DNA from: Balamuthia mandrillaris | Lineage: Eukaryota | Length of the DNA stretch: 64,000 nucleotides | Assembly (NCBI GenBank): GCA_031835245.2 | Contig: JAVKOQ020000103.1 | Span: 62,001 to 126,000, forward strand | Reading direction: 5' to 3' | Part shown: positions 49,501 to 62,907 of the stretch, piece by piece | Layout: every line of letters starts with the position of its first letter | How positions within the stretch are numbered: position 1 is the first letter of the stretch | Program-made: the position numbers and the translations under genes | Notes under the pieces: generated by a model | Told to the model about the DNA's origin: nothing | Database searches by the model: none | What the model saw: only the letters and a program-made list of their open reading frames with translations

Positions 49501-50709
49501 CCTCAAACACTTTGATGAGGACCTCGGCAACACCTCTTCTTTCCTGCGGTGTTGCAAACACATCTACCAAAGACAGCAGCTTTGCAATGTTGCTCAATGC
49601 TTCTAGCTGGGAGTGAATGCTGTCCGAGTTGAGTCCCTGCACAAACGCAGCAAACTTTTCGAGCAACTTTTGGCACTCGTTGATGAGTCGCACCTGTTGT
49701 TATTGTCGTTGTAAGTAATTGATTACTATTCGAATAAGATAGGAACAAGCACAACAAGGACTTCAGCACAACAAAAACGAGAAAGATATTGAGACCTTAT
49801 CAAGTGAAGAAAGGTCGCCCAAAGAGCGAGTACTCATCTTCATGCTGTCCCTACTTGACTGGGCGTAAATCTCACGCGCGTTATCTTTTTTAATGGAGTT
49901 TCGGATGTTGTCAAAGTTGGAGTTCTTCTTGAATTGAGCAAAGAAGCCCTTTATCTTTTTGTGTACTTCTTGTCTTTGCTGGTAATATCAATAACATGCA
50001 GGGTGTCAGTGTGAGTATAGAATAGAAAACAGCACACAAAAACAAGAGGGAGAAAGAAACCTTCTCCGGAGCATTGGCTTCACGTTTCCTCTTTCCAGAG
50101 GATTGTAACTGCAGCTTTCCGGAGGCTTTATAGTCTTGTTGTAACCTTTTTTGTTTTTGTTAGTTTATTGCGTGTGCCCTTAGTTGTGTTTTAAGTGTTT
50201 CGTGGGCGTTTTTCTTGTTGGTTTGTTCGTTGTGGGTCACTCACCAATTAGTCATAGCAGCAAGAAACTCACTCCATTCTACCGTGCCGGACCGATCGGT
50301 ATCTATCGTTTTCATGAGCTCTTTGAGCTCTTCGGGAGAGGGCTCCTCGTCCAGAATGGCCGTCATTACTTTGTTGTGGCAATCAATCCGGTACCAAGCG
50401 TCAGAAAAAAATAAAGTAGTTGTGTTTTTTTTAAAAAAAAAAGAAAACACACCCACCCGTTTTAAGCTCATTGGCGTCAATGCTTCCGTTTCCATCCTTG
50501 TCGCAAATAGCAAAAGCCTTCTTGATCTCTGCTACTTGCAGGTCCGTCAATTTCTCTTCCTGCATGCAAACCCATCCCCCCAAAAAAAAATGAAATGAAT
50601 GAAATGAAAGCATCGGTTAGGTTCCTGGTAAAAGCGGTGAGGACAACACAACACCCCGTCGGCTCAACGATGATCATCACGCACGCGGAGGAGAACGATT
50701 GATTACCAT
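46001..50709 (-). CDS. Multidomain protein: two EF-hands, importin-alpha-like ARM repeats, PB1, NCS/calcineurin-B-like EF-hands, acidic tail
   Basis: GT-AG junctions checked by eye keep one frame from ATG|GT (50709) to TGA (46001). DKDGNGSIDANE, DTDRSGTVEWSE, GAVPILIKLL, CRDYLL, RNISWVLS, LKCYF..YLDDEGDPVTI, DHNKDGKINFREF, YDVDGSGTLTPDE, DTNHDGEINYEE. Confidence 0.85.
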
Positions 50710-51099
50710 GTTGTTGTTTTCTACTTTGTTTTTTGTATGTATGTACACTACGCCAAAACCGTAGGCGAACCAAGTGTACCCCCCTGCTTTTTTTACAAAA
50801 CAAAAAACAAATTGAAGGTAGTGGGGCAACCCGGTGTGGTTCACTGGGGCGAGAGCCTCTCTGCCAATGTTGTCTCCTGCGGTGTTGCTGTTACAGCAGT
50901 CTGTTTTTTCTGGCGACAAAACAACTTGCACGAGGAGTAATTTATAGAACGAGCCGGCGATTTTTCTTTGAGGGAAATTCGAAAATTTACCTGGAAATAC
51001 TTTCAAAATCGCGGTTGGAGAGATAAATTGTTGTCAAGATTAATTATTGTCGATAGTTGCTAACAAAATAGAATAAAAAAAAGAAAGAAAGAAAGAAAG

Positions 51100-51466
51100 A
51101 TGTGGTTCGCTACGCTGAGCCGTTCCGTGGCTGCCGGAACTAGCCGGGCCTCCAGCACCAACACCGCCCATGCCATCACTGTACATCAATGCTTGTTCAC
51201 ACCTATTCTTTCCCTTCTTTTCGCTCACTTGCAAATACAAAAACAATAAAAATAAAAACAACAAAAAGATTTGGCAACAGCGGAGCCAAAGCGGAGCGGG
51301 CTACAGGCTGCTGGCCAAAGGAGCGGCCAAGAAGAGGTGGTCCCTGCGACGGGCCGGCGGCAAAACCACCAGCTACCAACACCCCAGAGGGCAGGGCGGC
51401 AAAACAAAAGAGCTGCACAAGGGCTTTTACTGGCACTGGAAACGACTCTTTCCTGGCAAATTTTAA
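51100..51466 (+). CDS. Mitochondrial ribosomal protein bL35-like
   Basis: Exons 51100-51180 (presequence-like MWFATLSRSVAAG) and 51269-51466. YRLLAKGAAKKRW and terminal WKRLFP resemble bL35 K.K.GAAKRF...KRLLP. Confidence 0.6.
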
Positions 51467-51639
51467 GATGAGAAACAAAAAGAATACTTTTTTTTCCAAC
51501 ACCTAGTTAGTCTTTTTTTGTTTGTTTGTTGGCTCCTAGAAGAGTCCTCTTTTTTTTGTGTACATGTGAAGAGAACAAAGAGATGCAGAGTCCTTGTTTT
51601 GTTTGTTTTTTTTCTTCTTCTTCTGCTGGCGAATTATTC

Positions 51640-51988
51640 TTAGTCGTGTGCTCCTCCCAACTATTGATTTGTTTTTTCATTTTTGTTAGGGCCAGACAGT
51701 GCAGCGAAATGGAAAGAGAGAGAGAGAGAGAGAGAAAGCAAAGAAAATAGAGAGGGGACGCACTTCGATGAGCTCGATTGCTTCTGTAGGGAGAGACTTG
51801 CGGTGGTAGCGGGCAGGCAGATCGTCCAATGCCTCGGCAGAGGGCGCGCCCCGACCAGCGGGTGTTCCCATGAGGGACATTGGAGCATGTCCACCAGTGA
51901 CCGCTGCGTGAGAGCTGCTCCCTTCATGCCTTTGTGGGAAGCGAATCAACGGCACATGGCGTCGGGCTTGCGTCCGTAAACTTTGCAT
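51640..51988 (-). CDS. MRPS36: KGD4/MRPS36 (2-oxoglutarate dehydrogenase adaptor subunit)
   Basis: Exons 51988-51764 and 51660-51640. HVPLIRFP and LPARYHRKSLPTEAIELIELGGA. Confidence 0.85.
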
Positions 51989-52184
51989 GCTGTTTCTATC
52001 GCTCTAATCTCTCCTCTGTTGTTTGTTTTTGTCGCCACTTTTTTCTGTGTCGACCAAAATGACACACAGGAGTTCGAATCCCACCCACAGCAATTTTGTT
52101 TTCCAGGGTGTAAAAAATGAAGCTGCAGGATGTGAGCACAAATGGTTGTCGCCCAACCAAAAAAAAAAAAAAAAAGAAACAAAG

Positions 52185-53589
52185 ATGGAGAACAAACAAA
52201 GCAACACGAATCCGCACAAGCGCAAACGGAGGAGTAGAAGCAACAGTCTTGTAGCGGGTTGGTAATTTTTAGATTCCCCCTTTTCTCTCTCCTTCTTTCA
52301 GTCTTTTCTCAACAAAGCATCCGCAGCAGCAGAGGAACAACACAACAACAATGGTTCTGTTGCCTCCTCCTCTTCTTCGAGTCAGCTCCCTCCTTCCTCT
52401 TCTTCTTCCCCCTCTCCTTCCTCCAAGGGCGGAGGCAGCAAGGCAAACAAAACAAAGCGATTGAAGGGGGTGGTGGTCGAGCGGGCGGTCGTCTATGGCA
52501 ATAAGGCCTGGTGGTTGGGCAAAAAGGCGGACGAGCTGCACACCCACCGTTGGACGGCCTTCGTGAGGGGTCCTGCTGGCGATGAGGACATATCCTACTT
52601 TGTCAAGAAAGTTGTCTTCACGTTGCACCCAAGCTTCAAAGACCCTGTTCGAGGTTCTCTCTCTCTGCTCTCTGCTCTCTGCTCTCTGCTCTCTGCTCTC
52701 TGCTCTCTGCTCTCTGCTCTCTGCTCTCTGCTCTCTGCTCTCTGCTCTCTGCTCTCTGCTCTCTGCTCTCTGCTCTCTGCTCCCTGCTCCCTGCTGTCGT
52801 TCTCTTATCTTGTATTTCTAACATGCTCGACCTGGCGATGGTGATGAATGTGAGCAGTGGTGGACAAGCCGCCATTCGAAATCACAGAGACGGGATGGGG
52901 AGAGTTCGAGCTAGCCATTCGCATACACTTTGTGGACGCATCAGAGCGGCCGGTGGACCTCTACCATCCGTTGGTGCTGTATCCGTTAGAGCCGGAGGGA
53001 CCAGCGCTAGTGCCAGGCACCGTGTCGGATGCCGTACGCCGCAGCGAAAAGATACCAGTCATTCGAGAGAACTACGACGAGATCGTCTTCAAGAACCCAA
53101 CTGAGTACTTCAACAACATCCTGCAAGAACACAAGAGGAAAGTGGCGGCCAAGAGTGCTGCTACCACCTCTGTCACTGCCACCACAACAACCACCGCCAC
53201 TTCCTCTTCTTCTGCCACCACTCCCAAAAAGACACCTGCCCACAAGAAACAACGCCTTTCTAAAAACCAAAACACGCAACAAGCGTCGGAAACTGCTTCT
53301 GTCCTTGGTATCTCTCTGCTCCTCTGCTTCTCTCTTTGCGCGTCTTTCCTCTTTTTGTATCTCACCAAGAAGTTTCGTGCCTATAGGAGCGGTGCCAAAG
53401 GAGGATGAGGTGGCCAAGCAAGAGAAGCTAGACTTGGCAAAGCTCAACAAGGCCAGAGACATCATCAAACAGGAAATCATAAAGGTTCGCGACAACTACG
53501 AGCAGAAAGACCTCGAGTGCCGGCGCATGCGGCAGGAAGTCACCACAATGCTTGAATACCTCAACGCCGCTCATTCTCTCCTTACGTAG
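52185..53589 (+). CDS. YAF9: YEATS domain protein Yaf9/GAS41
   Basis: KRLKGVVVERAVVYGN, HTHRWTAFVRG, ISYFVKKVVFTLHPSF, PPFEITETGWGEF, YDEIVF, C-terminal coiled coil. Confidence 0.92.
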
Positions 53590-53838
53590 TTTCTTCTCTT
53601 CTCTGCTATTCTGTGTAAAAGTTACTTCTCTGTCTCCTTCCTTCTCTCAGCACGCTAGTGGTTTGTTTGTAATCTCACTACCAAAAAAAAAAAAAAAAAA
53701 AACAAGAACAAGAAATGGTGCTTCTTAGGAGAATGAGACTTGTGTTGTACAAACAAACAACAAACAAAGGTTTGTTGGGAGGTTGCGATAAAGTGGGCAG
53801 GCTAAGTGAGGATGGTAAGGGAGAGAGAGGTAAATATT

Positions 53839-54416
53839 TTAGGAAGGCTTCCATTGTTGTTGGGAGCCAGAGAAAGCAGTGGCGGAGCCGCTGGCAGCCA
53901 CCAACCTATCATAGTGGCTGTGTTTTTGTTGTTGAAAAATGGAACGATGAGCAACCAAAGTGCGAAAATGAGGAGAGAAAAAAAAACATACATTTTACAG
54001 TAAGGAGTATTGTCGGGGGCTACAAAGCCACCCCAGTTGGCGCCAGTAAGGGTCTTCTTGCACTCCACACAGCGCAAGCACTTGTCGTGCCAGATCTGAC
54101 CTTCCACTTTGTATTTATAAAACGTTTTAATCATTGGAGAACGAGTTATTCAAAAACAGGCCTCACTGTTTGACTAGTCCTCTCTCGTCTCTCTCGAAAG
54201 CCCTTCTCTCTTGTTTTTCTCTCTAAGGAAAAAAAAAAAACGTGGGTCTAATCTTCTCTCATCCATCAGAAAAAAAAAAGAAAAGAAAACGAATACAAAT
54301 AAGAGAGTAAAGAAAAAAAACACACTTTTCACGGTCTCAGCGGGATACACGGTCTTTTGGCATCCGGTGCACTTGACGGAAGGGGCTCCTCCCCAACGAG
54401 GCTTGGCTCCGCTCAT
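53839..54416 (-). CDS. Small single-LIM protein (CRIP/CRP-like)
   Basis: KCTGCQKTVYPAE / WHDKCLRCVECKKTL..PYCK / IHY across three exons. Confidence 0.9.
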
Positions 54417-54762
54417 TGTTGTTTTTTTGAAAGTTGGTGGAGGGAGGGAAGAGAGGGTTTTGGGGGTTGGGTTGGGTTGTTTTATGGAAGAAAGAAAAAA
54501 AAAAGGGAAAATGAAAAACACAAAAAAAAATGGAATAAAAAAAAAGCAAATGATCGTTCGTGGTTGGCTGCTCATAAATTGCAATACTGAAGATTGGTTT
54601 TTAGGTGGGTGCACCTTACGCGAACGAAAAAACCCCTCGTGCAAAATTTCGTGTCGACCTTGGGATCAAAATAACCGCTACACCCAAGGCAAGAAGGCGA
54701 ACGAGCGAATTTTTTGTTCTGCCATAGGGGGAGAGGATGGAAAGATGGGGTGGCTGGGTTTT

Positions 54763-56166
54763 TTAATACTTGATGTTGATGATTTTGGAGACACCCTTGG
54801 CCAACCAAGCGAGAGCACCTTCTTCCTCATCGCGGTCCTCTTTCTGTAGTTGTTGTTGTTTTTTTGTTTTGCATTGAAGGCATGCAGTTCGTGAGAATTG
54901 GCCAATGATATAACAAGCAATAACATAAGCATGATTAGTGATGATGGGAAGGAGGTGTTACCTGCAATAGATGATCCCGCATGGGGCCGTGGTAGCGGTT
55001 GTTCCACTCGGTAAACCGCAGGGAAGAACTGTCGGGATTTATATGTACATTGTCGATGGATTGTTGCACGCACTCGCTAACTTTGGCTTTGAATTTGGTG
55101 GCATCGTTTTGAAAACTGAATGAATAGAAGAAAGGGAAGGGAAGAAGAAGAGAAGCAAAGTGAGAGAAGAATTACAAGTGCCAAGAAAAAAAAAACTTCT
55201 CAGAGGGAAAGAAAGCGTACAGTTCTGCAGCTTCGTGGTTTGAAACATTTTGAACGTCGACTTGGTAGAAAAGCTTCTTAATGTAAGCAAGAACATGCCA
55301 GATGTGATTCTTGTTGGGTGTCCACCCATTTGGAAAGGCAGGCGATACATTCAACTTGCCATCTGAAGGAGACACCGCTGGGTGATACACAAAGCTGACG
55401 AATTGCACCTCTGGTGCTGACTCTGGATAACTGGTTTCAGAAAAAAAGAGAGAAGAGGAGGAGAGAAAGGTGAGTAGACGAAAGAACAAACGACAAAGAG
55501 CGTAGAAAATTTGAATGCTAGGCAAAAGTTGCAAACAAAACCGTACTTTGAAGGAATGAATAGAATAAACTTGAAGACAGCCTTACGATAATGGCCCTGT
55601 CGAATAAATATGACACCATGCCACTCTTTGAACAAAAGTTGGTTGGTTCGAGAAGAAGAACCAAGAACGAAGAAGAACCAAGGAGAACCGAGAACGAAGA
55701 ATGAAGAACGAAGAAGAACGAAGAACCAAGTTCTGGTACTTACCAAAAAGTGTTTGCGCAGAGGGTAATACAAAGACACCGCCAGGCACAAACTGCGGCA
55801 AATGCTTACTGTAGTTTAATATTAATCAAATCAAGAATCAGCTGAACGCAAGCAAACAATTTTTTTTGGAAAAACGTACTATTCAATGAGAATAGTATAT
55901 TCTCGAAAGTACTTGGAGAAGAAATGTTGTGGTGCGGAAGAAGAGGATTGAGTAGCGGCAGTTTCCGGTAGCGGGGATGTCGTCGCTCCCGCTACCCCAT
56001 TCCGAACTTCTCCTGCTTTCCCCGAAGCCTCGCTAGAGGGAAACAAAGCAACATCTTCGTTTGGAACCGGTTGTTGGTTCTCCTTTTCGTCCTCGCAGGC
56101 CGCGACCACTTTCTGATCGTCCTCATCGTTCCCCACCGTTTCCCTCTCTTCTCCCATTTCCGCCAT
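54763..56166 (-). CDS. AKTIP: AKTIP/Fused toes (inactive E2/UBC variant)
   Basis: EYTILIEYKHL..PGGVFVLPS, WHGVIFIRQGHY..AVFKF, YP..P.V.F..VYHP, HIWHVLAYIKKLFY, NHEAAEL. Confidence 0.88.
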
Positions 56167-56387
56167 TCTTTTCTTGTGGTTATTTTTTTATTTTTGTTTT
56201 TTTTTATATCGTCGAAGAACCACAATTACTGCATCGATAATCGGATAAAATCCGGCATTGCTTTTCATGACGACACATGATCATGGAAGAATGGTTGAAA
56301 TGCATTTACCATATTTGCGTAAGTGCTGACATCACTAAGGAAAAAAAAAAGCGGTCAGCAAAGAAAGAGGTGAAGACTGCTGGAGTG

Positions 56388-57587
56388 ATGGCGGAGAGCG
56401 AGAAAACGTTCTCGCTGTGGTGCCATGACGCCAAGCATGGCAAGCTAAGCGGAGAGGACCTGGTCATCAGCCCGGAGGTCTTTCCTAACGTCAAAGTAGG
56501 GGACATCGTGAGCATCTGGGACCCCGATCGTCTGGAAAAGCAACTCTACCTGCAAGTACAAAAACTCGAAACCAACGAAGCGAAAGGTTTTCTTCTTCTT
56601 CTGCTTCTTTAGTTATGGGTAGTGATCAAAGTACTTTTTTTTTTTAAAAAAAACCTTTTGCTTTCAACAGGAACGCCTTCAACTACTTTCAGCGCTGCGA
56701 ACAAGCTACAAATCAGTTTGAGCAAGACCATCGCTCAGCAGTTTGGCTTTGCCTCACGGCAGTCGGTCGGTGTGGCGGTGGTGGAGTCGGAGGCATGCGC
56801 TGTGGACTTTGTGGAGCTGAGCTTCAAGGACCAGTGTCTTGGGAGGAGCGACCTCTGGCGGCTACAGCAGACCCTCCTTCATACTTGCCTCTACGTGCAG
56901 AAAGCACTTACTTTTTCTTGCATGCGGGTTTGTTTTTCCACTTGCTTTACTTTCTTGTTCATTCTTCTTCTCCGTTCTTCTTAGTCCTTCTTTCTGCTTG
57001 GCGTTTACTTCTCCTTCCTATTTCTGATGTTCAAAGGTGCACCAACTTAACTTCTGGCTTCATCTCTCCCTCGGGAAAACATTGAAATAGGTAACTGTAT
57101 CAGATCTGTTGAAGGATGGCAAATCAGTGCTAAGCGGCTATGTATCCAAAGATACCAAGTTTGTGCTGCGCAGTCGTTCCGCCAAGTTCCACTTTCTCGT
57201 TCAAATGAGCCGTGAAATGTGGGACTTTTCTGAGGATGGCGAAGTGGAGCTTCACTTTGAACTGGTTAGTCAGAGATTTGTCTACGAAAGTTATGTGACT
57301 AAAAAATCAACAACAGGTCAGCAAGTTTTTATACAAGTTGTTTGGCAAGTGGAAAGAAGTAGGCGCTAATCACTCTGTGAGTCTTACTCTTTTCTCAAGA
57401 GCTTACTACACCACAATTGGGTATGCGATTTTTGTAGCTTTTTGTTTGAGCTGTTCTCAGATCATCATCTTTTGTTGTACTGTACTCGCAAACTCATCAG
57501 GGGTGGATTTCTCGTAGACTCTAATAGTAGTCTACCAGAAGGACTTGAGACCGATTACGATGGCCGAAAGTACAAAGATTTCTATAA

Positions 57588-57623
<36 letters not shown>

Positions 57624-58769
57624 GTTCAGACTTTAATGCCAAATATGGCTTCCAGACAGTGCTATCAGAGGAGAAACGGCCGTCTGGCGATTGGGACTCG
57701 GTCATTCCATTATTAAAACGAGAGTTTACCCAATTTCCGATTTCCATGGGATGGAATCCTCTCAGTTCTGCTAACGGTACTCTCCCTATTCTTACTTCCT
57801 TTTATGTGAAATTAACGAAATTGTATCTTGTTTAAAAAGAGGGAGCAGTTCAAAACTCAGTTACAGTAATGAACAGCACTGCTCAGAGAGGAAACCTTTT
57901 GGAAGCTATAAACCTGGCGTTAATCGACTTTGACAAAGTATGTTTTCGAGCCAATCAGCTTCCTTTTCTTTTCTCCACCATTTCCTCTTCTATTGTTTGC
58001 ATCGTATTCTCACACATAAAAATACAGCCCTACATAGATAGAGACTTGAGAACAACGGGACAGGGCATTGTGATCATAACGGGCAGTACTGGGGTGTTCG
58101 AAGTGGATGCTACTCTCACCCAAGTCACCAAACAGAAGATGGTGGATCATGGTGTTGGCTGCGATCTCGTTTGTCTCAGCAAACGGCCGCTGCACATGGT
58201 CCCTCTATTCAAGTACAAACCGACAGTAGCGAAACGCAGCGACGACGCCACAGGAGACAGTTCTCCTGTAGTGGATTCTGTTCCTTCTCTTCCTACTGCT
58301 GCCGATAGCTTACCCAAAGGATGGACTAAAGGTCAAACCTCATCTTTACCAATTGACACTAGGACTGGTCAATCCTCTCCTTCTTCTTCTGTTACTTCCC
58401 CCACCAAAACCTCCAACTCTGCTACAGCTATCTACAAGCCGAAATCTCAGTATAATGTGCCACATTGGCTGTACATAAGTTTCTTCAATCCAAACGCGGA
58501 TGCTGCCTCAATTGGTGGCACTAAAGGCGCATTCAAACCTCGTTGCAACATGCTACACCTACAATTTTGCCCAAGTTTGTCAAGTCTTTCTCTTTGCTGC
58601 ATTCTTATTTCTTCACCTTTCGGCTCATTCGTCTCTGTCCCTGTCTCTGTCCCTGTCTCTGTCTCTGTCTCTGTCTCTGTCTCTGTCTCTGTCTCTGTCT
58701 CTGTCTCTGTCTCTGTCTCTCTCTCTGTCTCTGTCTCTGTCTCTGTCTCTGTCTCTCTCTCTGTCTCTG

Positions 58770-58808
<39 letters not shown>

Positions 58809-59600
58809 AATTACTTCATGTTCACAGACCCTGCAGACAATTGTGCAAGGCATGGTGTCATCGTTCCATTCGGTAAAATAAAGCCATCCTACAAGGAAGA
58901 TTACCTGTCTTCAAGCCATGACGCACATGCTCCATCCCTTCGTCATTTTGCCAATTACGATGAATCCGTGTTTAGCCTTGACGAGTCAAACAAAGTGGAT
59001 GCAGCAGGAAGTGGCTCTCAGTTTCCATTCCTATCAGGAGGACGAGACATAGACAACAAATCCCCCACCATAGGTGCGCGCATCAGACCAATGCACGACA
59101 TTGACTATAAGATCCAATCCGAAGCACCTCCTGATTTGTTGGGAAGACAAGTTCTTCGTTCTCCTGAGAGTAATAATTATCCAACCAAACCTCATAAGCT
59201 TCGCCCAAAGCAACCAGTTTGTTTTTTTTGTTGTTACTCTCTTGCATCCTGTTCTTTCGATTCCACTGATCGTCGTCTTTTTTTCGTTTTCAAATTTGTT
59301 TCACAGCATTTGAACCCATTTCAAAGCTTGTGGAGCCAAGGACCTGGCGGATGGCAATGCAGCACCAGTCCTGATAATTACAGCAGCAACCGTCGGAGAT
59401 GGTCTCATCTCTTTCACGAATCCATATATTCTACTGTTGGTACGTCAGGAGAAAACAAGAAATATTTTCTGTGTAACGTCGTCTAACTAACCAACCTACA
59501 GAACACAAAGAATACGCCTATGCCCCAAACTGGAAGTCCTTGTGCGAACCTGCTTCTTTGCCGATCACCACCGATTACTGCCCCACTGACACAGAATTGT

Positions 59601-59639
<39 letters not shown>

Positions 59640-62600
59640 GCTCTCCCTCTCCCTTTCACTCATTTCTCGGTTACCAATTCGATGCATTAACATCCCTCTT
59701 TTACTTCCTCTCAAATCAATGTTCGAGCAGCCGACAAAACTTTTTGGAAAGTAACCATACGCTGAATGCCGACGATTCTGGGCCATACAAGGACAAGACA
59801 AAGGCCCTGCTGCGAGAGATCGTGGCTCAGCGTCTCGAACAGGGCTATCAAATCATAGTGTCTCCGCCGCCGCTTCACGATCCTTCTCGTGGCATCACCA
59901 CACCCACCAAACTTCCTTCTTCGTCTTCAAGTCAACAAGCGACTGCCCCATCGCCGGTTCCTCGAGATCACTTGGCAGCATCCAGCGCTACTAGCGCTCT
60001 TACTACCGAAGCCAGTGGCGGTTATCGCCTTAGTCTTGGTCATGACTATCATGAATTCACTTTGGAAGGCCAAAACATTCGCGTTCGTGTATGTATTGCA
60101 TTGTTTCGTTTCTATTTTTTGTGCTGACCTATAAAACAAAAACAACAGCGGTATTACAAGAAGAATGATAGGCGGTCTAAAGGTACACAAATGACTTACA
60201 ACTATGAGTTAAGCTCGCCGCTGTTGTGCGAAACAAAGTTCTATCCAGCCAACGTCACTATTACCTACAAGGAGGATAATTATTCTTGGAATTATCTTGA
60301 CCAGCTAATATGTGGTTACGTGGACACTTTATTTGATAGTCTCAAGTACGCCTGCCTCAAGTTTGTGATAGCTCCAGTTCAACAAGAAGATAAAGAACAA
60401 GCTCAGGTCACAGCATTTACGGCTTTTAAGAGCTTTTTAGAAACGCGCAACCAGGCCGCTCGTAGTGACGCTTCAAACGCGACCTCAACCAACAAAGATG
60501 ACAGCCGAATGCTTGTTCACACGGTATTTCTCTCTCTTTCTCTCTCTTCATTTCACTCTGGTTAAGAAAATGTTCTAATGGCATTGGCACACAGATATCC
60601 AAATTCGCTCTGTGGTCACAAACAGAGGAAGGTGCGACAGGCAAAGTTCCAGATAATTCAAAAAAAATTAACCCAAATGATGTAAGTTTTAGTGCTTCCT
60701 TCTATTCTTTTGAAACTCAAAACGTTATCCTTTTCTTGTTATTATGAAGATCGAACGGTTAGTATTGGCACTAAGAGACGAGGCAGGATTGGCTCCTTTA
60801 ACAAGAGACCGGCGGTGGCGTTTTCGAACATACACGAATTGCTTCGTTGGTATGTTTTAGTGTCCGGCCCGATCTTTTCTCTTCTCATACTGATTCTCTT
60901 TCTGTTTTCCGGCAAATCTTGGTTATAAAGGCTCAGAGGCGGTCGACTGGTTAATGAAGAATGTGGATGTGACCTCACGAAGAGAGGCAGAAGTCCTTGG
61001 TCAACAATTACTGTTGAGTGGTTATATCTCACATGTAGCAGGAAAGAAGCATTTCAAAGACGGGAAATTCTTTTATCGTCTCACCAAGGTACCTATTTTC
61101 TTTTAACAACATTGTTCTCGCCAATTCTGAACAGCCTTATCAAAAATTCCAAACAGAGGACTGTCTCATCGCGACAAATTTTTTCCAGTCAGCAACAGAT
61201 AGCTGAAAGAGAGCAATCATGTAGCGAGGAAGGTCTTACTGGAACTGGTTCTTCGGATGGTACGCAGAGGCCACGGCGGCGCACCGGCGATTCTGAACCA
61301 TCATCGTCATCATCAAAAGGTAACAAGTCGCAACAACAGCAACAAACTACGCCACCATTGATACCTCGTATCACTCCTGCACGCACGATAAAGCAGCAGC
61401 ATCAATCCTCTGCTGAGCTTCATCGCTCTTCCACCGCACAGTCCCCATCACCCTCTGCTGGAACCTCTCCTACGAACTCTTCGGGTCTGGTGTCGGCAGC
61501 TGTGGAGGTTACCCTAACGTCGTTTAACGAAGAGGAGGAAGAAACAAGCAAAGGAATGGCCACTTGTCAAACCAAAACAATGAAAATTGAAATGAATCCG
61601 CGAAAGACAGACCGTTATGAGTGGGTGGTGCGTATATGGTTTATTGTACAAATCAGGTTTGTTTCTTTTTATGAAACCCTCTCACCTTTTTTAAAATCTT
61701 AATTAGTATATGAACTACGACTCGGTGTACAATCCCTACGAGTGGTATCACATTGAGTTTCAATGGCTGGTGTGTACGCCTGCCGTTTTGGAGGACTTCC
61801 TATACATGATAGAGAGGAAAGCCAAGAACCTTGGCCTCCGCTGGATTCCTATCCCAATTCACCTAATGGATAGAACTAAAGTACGCGTTCATGTCTTAAA
61901 AAGTTGTTAGCATTCTACTCACTCTAATTGTTAACAGCGGTACAACCCGTTTTATATGCCAGTTGAAGTAAGCCTTGTGTTGGAAGGTTGTAAAGTTATT
62001 TCTCCTCAAACTGATGAGCCAACCAGCGGCGCTTCGGCTCGTCCTTCTGCCAACAACAGCGAAAATTGCATTCAAATAGAATCAAGCACTATGCTCGCAT
62101 TGCAGCAGGAAATTCTGTCTCTCAACAACTTTATTCTCAACAAGACTACAGGCGACCAACACTATATCCACGTAAGTGGGCTTGTATTTGCTCAAATTGT
62201 TCCAGAAGGCTTTTTATGGTATACTCTTCTCTTAGTCATCCCCCCTTGTTTCCAAAAATAACGAATCCTGTGTCCATTATTGCAGCATGTATAACCATCT
62301 GCCCGCTGTGCATCATCGGTTGCGAGAAAGTCAGATCGTGATAGAGAATCTACGCACCTTCTGCAGCGATCCGAAGCGAGTTCGCATGTTTTTGGGCCAT
62401 ATCCTCGACCCTCGCTCTCTCCAGTCTCTTGACGAAACTGCGGAAGAGGCCCTTCTGGAGAATTACCAGTTCCCAGACCTGCCTGCTTCCGTCTCGTCTT
62501 CCTCTTTTTCCACTTCTTATTCTTCTGCTCCAACCTCTTCCTCCTTTGATATCTTTGGCGAGCAAACGCCTCCTCATTGGGCTGCTGCCAAGGTATCTGC

Positions 62601-62907
62601 CACCATGAAGCATTCGAGCCACGAAAGAATTGCATCGCCCAGACGAAACGCACCACTACAGCACCCTCCTTCCCAGTCATCGAAAACCATTTCTACCCCG
62701 ACTCTCCCACAAACTTCTTCTGTCGGTCCTGCCAAAGGAACGAACATTGCCACCAGCACTCCTGTAGCCACCTCTTCCTCTCCTTCCTCTTCTCCTTCCT
62801 CCCATTATTTCAGCTCATCCAACAGCAGTGGGCATCGCGCCGCGGCTTACTATGCTGCTGTTCAGGGCGGGTCTCCCAGTTGGGATGTCTTCAACAGTTC
62901 CTTTTAG
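56388..62907 (+). CDS. DEPDC5: GATOR1 subunit DEPDC5/Iml1
   Basis: VELSFKDQCLGRSDLW, RSRSAKF..QMSREMWDF, GNLLEAINL, DRDLRTTGQ, NRRRWSH, WKSLCEPASLPITTDY, QRLEQGYQI, WNYLDQLICG, DEP motif DRRWRFRTYTNCFVGSEAVDWL, YIHVSG. Confidence 0.95.

Noticed and set aside
50241..50709. Stand-alone calmodulin gene
   Set aside because: Only two EF-hands, and the exon ends in a TG|GTGAGT donor that splices in frame into the ARM exons.
51270..51460. GC-rich block first read as a possible ncRNA
   Set aside because: Explained as exon 2 of the bL35-like gene with in-phase splice sites.
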